Shown here: piece after piece, positions 1 to 14,585 of the stretch
Layout: each line of letters starts with the position of its first letter
Position numbering within the stretch: the first letter of the stretch is position 1
Assembly: GCF_009914755.1 (NCBI RefSeq)
Contig: NC_060937.1
DNA from: the human T2T-CHM13v2.0 reference genome, Homo sapiens
Reading direction: 5' to 3' (one strand)
Length of the DNA stretch: 64,000 nt
The notes under the pieces: model-generated
Told to the model about the DNA's origin: nothing
The model's database searches: none
Seen by the model: only the letters and a program-made list of their open reading frames with translations
Made by a program: the position numbers and the translations under genes

Positions 1-1345
1 CTGTATCAACATTCACTACATTTAATGGTGCAAAAGTAATGGCTAGGAAAAGTCCCAGCACTATAGCACAAGCCAAGAGACTTGGGCCCAATTTTTACTA
101 GTAACCACTGCATTTGTCACATGGATAAAACTGTAGTTTAAAATTTTAAACTATGAATACCTGGAGGAAGCAGTCAAAGTTAATTTTATTAAATCTCTAT
201 CCATGGGTACATGCTTTTTTCATGTTCTTCACAATAAAACAGGATTTGTCCACAAAGTACATCTGCTGCATTCTGAAGTAGGATGGTTATTTTAAGAAAA
301 AGCATTCATAATTGAGGTGCATGTTGAATGAAATACTTTTTTCACAGAACAAGGTTTTTATAAGAGACACTATAATTATTGGCTTGAGTATTTGGCGGAT
401 ATTTTCTATGAGATCAATATGAAGACATGTAACTTCTTTTTAATTTTGTAAAATAAATACATTAGCATTTTGGATAATCTGCTTAGGCCAATGCATCAGT
501 ATTTTTCTTCTGATTGGTACATAACACTAAAAAATCATGCATGGGTAAAAAATCCATTCAAAATTCAAAGCAGCCCAGCGGATTTCTTTTTTTTTTTTTT
601 TTTCCTTTGTCAGTCTCACTCTGTTGCCCAGGCTGGGGTGCAATGGCGTGATCTCAACTCATGCAGCCTCTGACTCCCAGATTCAAGCAATCCTCCTGCC
701 TCAGCCTCAAGGGTAGCTGGAACTATAGGCAGATACCATCACGCCCAGATAATTTTTGTGTTTTTTGTAGAAATGGGGTTTTACCATGTTACTTGGGATG
801 GTCTTGAACTCCTGAGCTCAAGTGATCCACCTGCCTCAACCCCCCAAAGTGCTGTGATTACAGGTGTGAGCCACCATGCCCAGCCAACCCAATTAATTTC
901 GATGTAAGAGTACTTTTAAGTTTTACAGTAGTATCAAAAAAATCCACAATTATCTTTAAAGGTTATTAACATACTCCTCCCTTATCACTTCTCCGTATAA
1001 AGTCAGGTCTTCTTTGATGCGTTTTAATTAAAAAGCTTTCTGCAATAGATGGACTGCAAAAGCAAACGTGGGAAGCCAACCATTTTTTATAGAGCAAAAC
1101 AAATTTACAAAACATAAAACAACACCATTCTTCCCACTACACTAAAGGGAACATTAAAAGACATTTGCAAAAATGTACAAGAAAGCGACTCTTAACTCTG
1201 TAACGTTTTCTTTAAAACCTCGCTTTGGCTTATAATATGGTAAATATTGATATAATTCTTTAGCAGGACTTTGGCGCCCTCAATAATTTTTAATAGTGAT
1301 ATGGAAAATTAAAGAAATATGGAAGCCAAAAGGTTTGAGAAGCAA
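1..1345. mobile_element. hAT-Charlie (Charlie1-like) DNA transposon fossil, interrupted by an antisense Alu at ~582-885
   Basis: Charlie1-like segments such as GAAGCAGTCAAAGTTAATTTTATTAAATCTC, TTGAGTATTTGGCGGATATTTTCT and AAAAAATCATGCATGGGTAAAAAATCCATTCAAA. Confidence 0.7.
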
Positions 1346-1537
1346 TATTTTTAAAATCGCAGTCAGTTTTCTTTCATGAAAATATAGAACAGGAAGCTTG
1401 CACTAAGTAAGGTAAATTAACCTAACAAATATTTTCCAAAGTGGCATGGTAAACATGCCACTACTGGCACATGGCACTTTTTGTGCAGAACATGGATATT
1501 TTTCCTTTAATATTTAGTACTTGGGCTATCATGAAAC

Positions 1538-2325
<788 letters not shown>

Positions 2326-3513
2326 CGTATATTTTGTGGGTGTATATGTGTGTGTGTATTACCAATAACCTAATTTAAAGGAATGACTTAACACAGTACT
2401 CAGGTAAAGCTAAAGTGTAGTATGACCACCTAAACTTGGGGATACACTCACTGAACTAAATAAAAACTGCTTTAACTGTGTCAACTGGAACACCATTTAA
2501 TGATCAATGACGAGAGGTATTCATCTAACACTTTATCAATATAACTCTTGTTTGAGTGAATGCAATCTTAATGGGCACAATCAATACTCTTTTTTAGGTC
2601 ACAGTCAAAATTCTTTATTGATAAAGACCTCTCATGTTTATCTCAAAAAAAGCTTTAAGAATTGTCCAGGAATCACCACATGCTATTTAGGTTCTATGTC
2701 TCAAAAAACGAAAATGCTAAAATAATGTAGAACATTTAAATCCACTAAAAAATATATAATTCTAGAGAAAAATATAGTAAGTTCTGACAACAGGATTCAG
2801 CCTTTTTAATCAATTAGGAATATCTAAATATTCCTAAAAATAAATTCCCTAAAAAAAACTATATTTAGCAATTGAAAATATTTTAGTGTGAGCAAACTAT
2901 ATTCTATTACCTTTTCCTTCACTAAAGAAGGTTACATAACAGAACAATAAGGTTATAACCAATTAAACTTTCATGAGAAAGATTAAATAAGAACTGTTGG
3001 CCAGGCGCGGTGGCTCACTCCTGTAACCTCAGCACTTTGGGGGGCTGAGGCAGGCAGATCACCTGAGGTCAGGGGATCGAGACCAGCCTGGCCATGATGG
3101 TGAAACCCCATCTCTATGAAAAGCTTGGCGACACAGCAAGACTGCATCTCAAAAAAAACAAAAAAGAAAATCGTTAGGAGCCAGAAATATTAGATAACAA
3201 ATTGTAGACACAAAGAATGAAGCAAAAATCACTTACATGAAATATTCATGGGTATTTTTAAAAACCTCAAGATATTAGGCCTCTTTGCCAAGAAAGTATT
3301 AACTCATGAAAAAAGTATTAAGATACTGAACAATATACATCAGCAAATGAATCTTTTCTAATAAAAGTAAACTGGGCCGGACATGGTGGCTCACACTTGT
3401 AATCCCAGCACTATGGGAGGCTGAGGCAGGCAGATCACTTGAGGTCAGGAGTTAGGGACCAGCCTGGCCAACATGGTGAAACCCCATAAATACTAAAAAT
3501 ACAAAAGAAATTA

Positions 3514-3858
<345 letters not shown>

Positions 3859-4459
3859 CTACTTAGAAGGCTGAGACAGGAGAATCACTTGATCAGGAGA
3901 CAGAGTTTGCAGTGAGCTGAGATCGTGCCACTGCACTCCAGCGTGGGCGACAGAGGGAGACTCCACTTTAAAAAAAAAAAAAGTAAATAAGGGTCAGGCA
4001 TGGTGTCCAGTGCCTGTAATCTCAGGGTTTTGGGGGACCAACGCAGGAGGATCCCTTGAGGTCAGGAATTAGAGGTATGGTGACCTATGATTGCGTCACT
4101 GCACTCCAGCCTGGGTGACAGAATGAGACCTCACTCCAAAAAAATTTTTAAACGTTTTAAAATGAAAAGGAAAAAAATATACGTTTCTATTGATACAACT
4201 CAATAGCATGTAAACTTTCCAACCTAATCAATAGTGAATGCTTGGAAAACTTAACATTTGAAATTCAGGCAATTAAAAACAACAATTTCCAATATATGTT
4301 ATTCGCTGCTAGTTAGTGAGGGGTAGTTTAAAAAATATAAGACAATCTCTTTATATATATATACCCAAGTTTTCTCCCCTCAATACATGCATTCCTAAAT
4401 ATCTTCACCCATGAATATCTGGGAAAATATTCTTCAGATATATGATTGTTAAAATGAAA

Positions 4460-5390
4460 CTTTACATCGTATGCCATTGATAGAATTGCAAATTACATTG
4501 ACGGAACTGCAAATTAAAATGAGACAGCACTACAAAACCTACTAGAATGGTGACAATCCGAAACACTGACAAAAACAAATGCTGGCCAAGATGCGATGCA
4601 ACAAGAACTTCAACGTATTGCTGAAGGGAATACAAACAGGTGTAACCATTTTGCAAGACAGTCTGGCAGTTTCTGATAAAATTAAACATACTCTTACCAT
4701 CTGATACAGCAATATCACTCTTTGCATTTTACCCCAAGGAGGTGCAAACTTATGTCTACACAAAAACCTACACATGAATGTTTATAGCAGCTTGATTCAT
4801 AATTGCTAAAACCTGGAAGCAACTAAGATGTCCTTTAGTATATGAATGGGTGAACTGTGGTACAACCAAAATATTATTCAGTGCTAAAAAGAAATGAGCT
4901 ATCAACCCATGAAAAGACATAGAGGAAATTTAAATGCACATTGCCAGGTGACTAGAAGCCAATCTGAAGAGGCTGTATACTGTATGATTCCAACTATATG
5001 ACATTCTGGAAAAAACTAAACTATGGAGACGATAGAAGGATCAGTGGTTGCCAAGGGTTAGGTGGAAGGGATAGAGAAGCAGAGCACAGATTTTTAAGGA
5101 GGTGAAAATACTCTGTATGATACTATAATCATAGGTTCATGTCATAGATTTGTCAAAACCCTCAGAATGTACACCCAGAGCAAATCTAAAGGTAAACTAT
5201 AGACTTTGGTTGATAAGCACGTGTCAATGTAGCTTCAGCAATTGTTATAAGTGTATCATTCTGGTAAAACATTTTGATAGCAGGAGAAGCTGTAGGCATG
5301 TGGCACGGGGTAGACGGGAAATCTCTGTACCTTCCACATAATCTTGCTGTGGACCTAAAGCTCTTTTGAAAAAGGCTACTAAAATATTGA
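4460..5390 (+). mobile_element. Old L1M (L1MC/L1MB-like) 3' portion
   Basis: L1 3' motifs: GGCAGTTTCT..AAATTAAACATACTCTTACCAT, ACTGTATGATTCCAACTATATGACATTCTGGAAAA, GGAAATCTCTGTACCTTCC. Confidence 0.85.
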
Positions 5391-6946
5391 AACTTTAAAA
5401 TGAATCCTTTTGAATAATCAATTACATTAAAAATAATAATAATAAATCAAGATGAGTCTCACTATGTTGCCCAGGCTGGACTTATACTCACTGGGCTCAA
5501 CGGATCCTCCTGCCTCAGGCTCCCTAGTAGCTGGAACTACAGTCATGCCACCGCACCCAGCTAATTACATCTTAATTTATACTGCAAGGTTTAGTCACGA
5601 AACAAAAAGTAGTTGTTACTTGTTAAATACTAAATCAGAAATGGAGGCAACGACAAATAGAAGTAGGGAAATTTACTGTGTTCATTAACTTGACATGTGC
5701 CTCTTAAACCAAATACATTCAACAATGTATTTTGAAAGCCTCGGTCAGGTAATTGAGTGAATAGATTGCTCTGATATTACTGTCAAATTCAACTGAATGT
5801 GTAGCAAAATTAATGGCTGTTTTTTAATACATAGGGTGGCTTTCTAACCGAAGATCAATTAAATGTAAACACAATCTAGCACACATCAAGGGACAGAAGG
5901 AAATAAGTATTTTACATAAATTGTTAAAGAAGCTTCTATTTGGCTGAGATTTTAAGAGACGGGCCTCTCACTATGTTGCCCGAGCTGGCCTTGAATTCCT
6001 GAGCTCAATTGATCCTCCCACCTCAGCCTCCCAAGTAGCTGGGACTACAAGGCACACAACACTGCTCCTAAGAATTTTATTTGTAATGCATACACCTGAG
6101 AGCATTTTCAAGATTACCAGTTTCAATTGTCAGGTGTAAACTCACTCTGAAGAGGTGCTTTTAAAACCTAAAATTGATTAATAGTATTTAATTATTCTTC
6201 AAATTTAGTTATTTTACCCAGAACTCCTAAAAAAAACAATGAGCAAGGATATCAGCTGTAAGACAAACAATACTAGCAATAAAATCTTACCAAAGTTCAC
6301 ATAATACTGGTGACTGGTTTGCACTTCTTGATCCAAAACCTCTTTCTTATCCAGTGCATTTCCTTACCAAAGTAAAACCATCATAACTGGCCAGGTCAAG
6401 GTATGAAAGGTGAAAGAAAAGAACAAATATAAACTGCACAAGCAGCAGTTCCAAATTGGTCCCGTCAACAGAAAAAAGCAGAAAAGAGGAAAACAAGGCA
6501 TAGATGGCCAACGTATGAGTTAAGTACACATTTTATACAGGAGAGTATCCATTTCTGTTTGTGATAGTCGGCATTAGATAAATCATCTTAATAATTTACC
6601 AGAGGCCTTGAAATTGTGATGTTAGTACATATTTTCTTCTAAGTAACTAACTCAAAGCTACAGGTTTAAATACATAGTCATTTTTTACACATCTAAGTGG
6701 TACCAAAATAAAAATCAAAGTTATTTAAAATTTGCCATTATAAAACAAACTACTGTAACAATCATATCAATTGGTTAAAATCATATATAGAAAAAACAAG
6801 AATAAATCAAATGAAGAAGTTATCTTAAGAAAACTATGGTAAAACAACCAGAAAAGCCAGGGTTTGACACATAGTGCACAATATAGTATAAGATACCATT
6901 AAGAAAAGAAACAAACTTACCCATAAACTTTCAGTTACTTTGAATT

Positions 6947-7046
6947 GTAAAAGTCTTTGAAAGTTTGTAATTATAATTATCAATCTAACTCAAATAAGTA
7001 AAAGCCTTTGAAAGTTTATAATTATAATAATTACCAATCTAACTCA
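6947..7046. repeat. Two-copy ~51-bp tandem duplication
   Basis: GTAAAAG(T/C)CTTTGAAAGTTT(G/A)TAATTATAAT...CAATCTAACTCA starting at 6947 and at 6998. Confidence 0.9.
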
Positions 7047-8774
7047 TAACTGCATCTCATCAGATGCTTACAAACCAGAGTTCCTACAGCCTACATCTCA
7101 CTAGTTGTTACTTAATACTGAACATAGACATTATAATTTTTTAGTTTTAGTACAAAATTCTAACATTTTAGATGATACTACAGAGATACTATCCTCAATA
7201 TGAAGTATAGAAGATCTTAGATACTGACTAGCCTAAAATATAATTTACCGTCACTATGTAGAACAAGCACTGTAAGGTGGCTCCAAATACATTAAACAAG
7301 TCACAAAGCAGAAGTAACAAGTTAAATTTTTATGCCTTCTGAGGATCTTCTGTTACTAATTCAAACTAATAATTAAAATTATTATTAGTTATATTATACA
7401 CTAGACAATGCACAAGATATGTTTACATTAGTTAACCATGTCTATTTGCCGGTCTTGACTCTCCTCTTCTCCGATTGCTCAAAAAAGAGTTAACATTAGC
7501 TAAAAAATCTTACCATTCTGAACCAAAAATTATTAGAACTTACCATTTCAAATGAAAAGACATGAGGTATACCTACAACACAGCAGGAATAATAAACAAA
7601 TCACATCATTTTATAAACACAGACATATACACACACAAAAGTACCAAGACTATTTAATGACACTCTCAGTAGAGAATTTCATTTTCTAAATTCTCAGAAC
7701 GTTTGAGCTGTTTCTTTTAACATTACTCTGTATAAGTACTCAGCACCTAAAGTCCTCTAACATCCTCTGTATCCTCCACAGTGCTCAGCACTATGTTTTG
7801 AATACAGGAAACAGTGAACAAATTTTTCTTCCAAAATGGAAACCTCCCAGACGACCTGTAAGTCTAATACTCTGAAGTAAAAAGTTAGGTGTGTTGAAAA
7901 CCAAGCAAAAAAAAATTGTTTCTTTGGCTGCTTTTAAAAATACTCTTCATTACTTAATCACGTATGAAGTCTATAAAAATGTATCAGCAGTTGTACCTCA
8001 ATGCCACCTATGTTTTCCAAAGTGCCAAATGTGTAATATCTGAGGCATTAATATTCAATAAATGCCAAGGTCTAGTGATCCATACAGACTGAAAACCATA
8101 ACTGAGCTGCATTGGCATTTGAAAAACAAGACTTCAAACAGCTACTTAATTCTCTCAGTTTACATCTAAGTAACTATAATATGACAAACATAAAATTCGT
8201 GACCTCGAAAAATTCAGAGAACACAATTAGTAGACAACAAAGTCAGAAAAAAATTAGAATACAACTTGGTAAATATAAAGAATAAACTATATTGAACATA
8301 AAAAGGACCAGGTGCAGTGGCTCACACCTGTAATCCCAGCACTTTGGGAGGCAGAGGCAGGAGGATTGCTTTAGCCCAGGAGTTTGAGATCAACCTAGGG
8401 AACACAGTGAGACTCCAACTCTACAAAAAAAATGTTTTTAATTAGGAGGGGCTGGTGTCACACACCTGCAGTCCCAACTACATGGGAGGCTGAGGCAGGA
8501 GGATCACTTAAGCTGAGGAGTTCAAGGTCACAGGGCGCTATGATCGTGCCACTGAACTCCAGTCTGGGTGACACAGCGAGAGCCTGTCTTAAAAAAATTT
8601 TCGGCCAGGTGTAGTGGCTCACTCCTGTAATCCCAACACTTTGGGAGGCTGAGGTAGGTGGATCACCTGAGGACAGGGGTTCGAGACCAGCCTGGCCAAC
8701 ACGGTGAAACCCCGTCTCTACCAAAAATACAAAAATTAGCTGGGCATGGTGGCGGGTGCCTGTCATCCCAGCTA

Positions 8775-9200
<426 letters not shown>

Positions 9201-10827
9201 TTAAAAACAATTTTTAATTTTAAATTATTTTAATGAAAAAGATGACAGCTGGGGTGAGGAATCAGAAGAAACACATGACCTGAGTCTGAACAGATATTCT
9301 CCAAAAGGAAAAAAGAAAACATGATAATTTTTCTGGATTATGAACCTCTCTGAAACTCTAACAGAAGTTAAGATCAAAAAAATGTTAATCAATACAATTA
9401 AGTGTCCTCTGATGAAGTGTGTACACAGTATGAGATTCAGTCATCATTTCCAAGTAGTCATTCAAAAAAGATTTACAAATATGAATGATAAAACACAGAA
9501 AACCATTACTAATAATCATAGCATATGATTAGGCTAACTATACCTCCTGGTTCACCTAAGAAAGCCCATTTTATGCCTATTGTAGGAAGTATTTTAATAG
9601 TATGCATGTTCATTTGTCCCAGTTTGTATGAAAAATTCTACGGTTTCCCACACATCATTAGATATTATTGAAACTATTAAATAATCTTTGGAGGAGTGAT
9701 CAAATAACTCAACACCTGGTTAAAACTGACACATACCTTCAACCAATTATCCCAAATCAGCAAAATCCTACAAATCAATTCTAAGAATATGTGTAAACAT
9801 TACAAACTTATATATATGTTTGTTTTTATTTGATCACAAAAGTCTAAGTTAAGTTACAATTATGTACCGTGCCAAATATTGAGAAAAATCCTTGGCTTGT
9901 AATAAATTATTTTAATGAATAAGTAAAAACATTAACAACCGAAACTAGTCACAACTAGAACATTACATATGAGACCATTGCAATGTCTGTTATTATCCAT
10001 TTTGATTTTCACCAACATGTCCAAACCACTGGGACTAGGCCATCATTATACCATAAATAAGCCTACCAGTCCAGCAGGTCACACTTAAATCTGACATCAA
10101 ATCCTTCAGCAAATAATTCTTTAGTTATTTCCATAACTTAATGAAGAGGCCATAAAAATCCCTTGTAAAATGTGTCTTTTGTTTGAATGCTTCAGAAGTT
10201 TAGACTTCAAAAAACAAATCTTCTTAAGCAACATAAATTCCTCATTAGAGCTTTAAAAACTGTAGAAAAAGAGGGACAGCCATGTGGAAACCACAAAACT
10301 GTAACTTCTGCTCTGGAATCTTCACAAACCATTTCAGAAAATAAATTTGTATCTATTCATTAGTAAATAACAACAGGATCACTCTTCTCTGACAGCATAA
10401 ATTAATGGAATTTTTTTTTTTACCAGATAGAGTTTCTGTTTTTCAGTTTTACACGTGCCACATCAGGGAAAGTTAGGTTATGATTAAAGCAAGAGATGAT
10501 AGATGAACAAACAAAGAAACAACAACAAAAAGCCCATGCAAGAGGCAGGAAAAGAGGCTGACTGGTTAAAGAACAGGCCAGATTGGACAATACTGATCAA
10601 GAGGGGTTCACATTTGAAAGAACAGTGCTTTATTCCTCTACTGACTAGAACTAAAGGGATTTTGGCCGGGTACGGTGGCTCACACCTGTAATCCCAACAC
10701 TCTGGGAAGCCAAGGTGGGCGGGTCACGAGGTCAGGAGTTCGAGACCAGCCTGACCAACATGGTGAAACCCCATCTCTACCAAAAATACAAAAACTTTGC
10801 CGAGCGTGGGCCGGGCGTGGTGGCTCA

Positions 10828-11338
<511 letters not shown>

Positions 11339-11564
11339 TTAACTTTTGCTCTGGTTTATAACCATGACTACCAATGAACCTTCTGGATACTAATTTGGAT
11401 TCCTCAGGAATCCTTGGATCTGGAATATGAGGTACTGTGCTCAGTGAGCCTTCTAAAAACACTGGAAAAGAATATATAAATGAATAGATTTGCATTATTC
11501 TTCACAAGCTCTACAAGTTTGGTAATATGAGCCACTTTTATAGATTCCCTTCAACTCTCGGATT

Positions 11565-11790
11565 CAGAGGTCAGCAAACATTTCAGGTAAAGGGTCAGGT
11601 GTAAATATTTTTTAGGCTTGGCAGGCCATGTAGTCTCAATACAGTCTCACATAGTTGTGTCACAACTACTCAAATCAGTTTTTGTAGGGCAAAATAAACA
11701 AAACAAAACAAAACAAACAAAAAAAGTGTTACAAAAATAGGCAGCATGTGAACTGAGCCTGGTCTGTTCTAGTCTGTCAACCCCTCGACT
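11565..11790. mobile_element. MER58-like hAT MITE
   Basis: Termini CAGAGGTCAGCAAAC ... GTCTGTCAACCCCT with internal GTAAATATTTTTTAGGCTTGGCAGGCCAT. Confidence 0.65.
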
Positions 11791-13170
11791 GGATGAGACA
11801 ATTAAAATTATTAGAACTATGCACGCAAAATTAATGCATAGTTTGAGATAATATGTCCTGCACATATAGTCTGAAAGCCCAAATCAAGGTTGCCACACCC
11901 AAATTCTGCAGGGTACTATTCACGTAGAATGTCATACTGTTTGAACCGTGTTCTAAAGATGGATATATAACCATATGCAGTGGTAGGCAACTGTAGTCCC
12001 ACTATTCAGGAGACTGAGACAGGAGGATAGCTTCAGGAGGTCAAGACCAGCCTGGGTAACACAGGGAGACCCAATCAAAAGAAAGAAAAAAATGAAGAAA
12101 GATGGGTACAGCAGCATGCCTACTCTCCCAGCTACTTGGGAGGCTGAGGCAGGAAGATTCACTTAAGCCCAGGAGTTTGAGGCTGTAGTGTGCTATAATC
12201 ACACTTGTCAATAGCCACTGCACTCCAGCCTGGGCAACACAGCAAGATACCATCAATAAATAAATAAATTGCATCCTATATAAATCTTACACCATGTTGA
12301 ACCACATCAAGCATGCCTTCCACTAACACTCCCAGGATCCATGAAAAATTCAACTATTTTCATTTCAGTATGTCTCATTTCAATACAAGGCCAGTAGTTT
12401 TGAATCTTCGCTACCAAAAAGAAATAAGCAAGGTGTAGAGTTTTCTTTAACACGTATATCTCCTGGTACCAACCTAGACACACTGAATCAAAATACTTGG
12501 AGGACTGAATCTCAGGCATTTTTCCTTAAGTTCCACAAATATATTGCAAGGTTGAAAACTACTGGATTTAGCAAAAAAATGTGATCAAAGATCAATGTAT
12601 TACAATCTACCTGGATCACAAAACAAATCAATTATTAGTAGTATGATCTAAGAACCCACATTTTTTAAAAGCTCCTTGAGTGTTTATTACGTACATTGGA
12701 AAAACACTGTTCTGCTGGGCACAGTGGCATGTGCTTGTTGTCTCAGCCACTCAGGAGGATGAGGAAAGAGGACTGCTTGAGCCCAGCCTGGGCAACATAT
12801 CAAGACCCCATCTCTAAAAGAAAAAAAATGTTTTACATTGTCCTTGGAAGAAGCACTACACTGCTAGCCTCTGCCAACATTCCCTTAATCATTCTGGCCT
12901 CACAGTCCCTCGGGTGCTACAATGGAATGCCTCTGACAAGCAAAGAAATACAACTGAGTCAAACTGTTGCCTTAGCATACAACATACCTTTATTCTCAAG
13001 TTTATTATGTGTGTTGAATAAACTGTGTTGAAACACCTAGGGCTATTCCCAACTACTCAAATGGGACTAATAAGCTTTAATAGTAAGTCAGGTATATATT
13101 TAGTTCAATGCAGGAAACCTGAAAAGGGTATGAAGAATTATTCTTTTCTTTATTGAAAAGGCAAACATTA

Positions 13171-13543
<373 letters not shown>

Positions 13544-14454
13544 TTAAACATCACCCCAATTTTCCTAACCCAAATATTTCATAACTACATGATACAATAA
13601 CTAAAGCTAAAATAAGATGGACGTTTGGATATTTTTATGACATTAACATTTTCCCAAGAAGCAATGTTTACTCCAAGAAACTGCATCAACCAAATGCTAG
13701 AACTAAAATCTGTCATTTAGTCCAATGCAGATTTTTCCCATAAAGACTGGTAAGTACTGAAGTGTTTAAACTACTTAATCTACAGTTGGTGGAGTAACCT
13801 AATATGAAAACAATCACAAGACAATTATAAAAAACAATCTCATAAAATTCTCATTGCTTCCAGAATAATAGCTTTTAATGTGTCCAAAAATTGTGATAAG
13901 TAGAAAATTTCCACTTAGTAAATACTGCCTGGAAAAAAATTGAATACACTCTATATTATGGTAAAGACAAACCTAAATGCAATTAAGACATATTATTAAA
14001 ATGTATACATTCTTAAGGCAGTTGAATGTTATCCTAAATGAGTAAAAAATGTTGTTTAATTTATAGTTACAACAGTAATTATCAAAAAGTTTGTCTTCTA
14101 AGGAAAAATCAAGTATTAAATAAAACTGACAACTGATATTGATGAAGTACTGGCTTACATCCTTGAAACTCTTAAAAATATATTCCCATGTGTCATAAAA
14201 TTATGATCAAGTTGAAGGCTGACAAACAAAAAGATGACCAGATATGACAAGTGTTTTCACTCTTTCTTTGTTACATGAAATTATTATTTAAAATGTGAAA
14301 TATGTAAATCAATATTTATTTTATACTTAAAAGTCCCATAACTCTTAGTTTTGTTGGAATATTTCTATTAGGAAGGCAAGAAGAGAGAGGTGGCATCTTA
14401 AAATTAACAAAGAAAATCAACTTTACTCATTACTTGGACAAGTTGAACACTTAC

Positions 14455-14475
14455 CATTTGATTCCTCCCTTTAAA
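14455..14475 (-). other. Candidate 21-nt in-frame microexon (FKGRNQM) in PSPC1 intron 6
   Basis: TGTGCTTTCTCTTTATTTCACTGTTCAG|TTTAAAGGGAGGAATCAAATG|GTAAGT: good polypyrimidine tract, consensus donor, phase 0-0, no stop. Confidence 0.5.
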
Positions 14476-14527
14476 CTGAACAGTGAAATAAAGAGAAAGC
14501 ACATAAGAGGGCCTAATTTCAAAGCTT

Positions 14528-14530
<3 letters not shown>

Positions 14531-14584
<54 letters not shown>
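14531..14584. repeat. (CA)27 microsatellite, read as (UG)27 in the PSPC1 pre-mRNA
   Basis: Perfect dinucleotide repeat seen directly. Confidence 0.98.

Positions 14585-14585
<1 letters not shown>

Noticed and set aside
1440-1462. Hairpin AGTGGCATG-gtaaa-CATGCCACT, superficially p53-like
   Set aside because: Only a 9-bp stem, and the half-sites do not fit RRRCWWGYYY x2 spacing.
6600-6606. Possible 7-nt exon CAAG|GCCTCTG|GTAAAT downstream of TACTAAC
   Set aside because: Branch-to-AG distance is only ~15 nt with almost no pyrimidine tract; too weak to call.
14159-14170. Possible 12-nt microexon TTTTTAAG|AGTTTCAAGGAT|GTAAGC
   Set aside because: Poor polypyrimidine tract, competing AGs and a weak exonic donor context; expected by chance.
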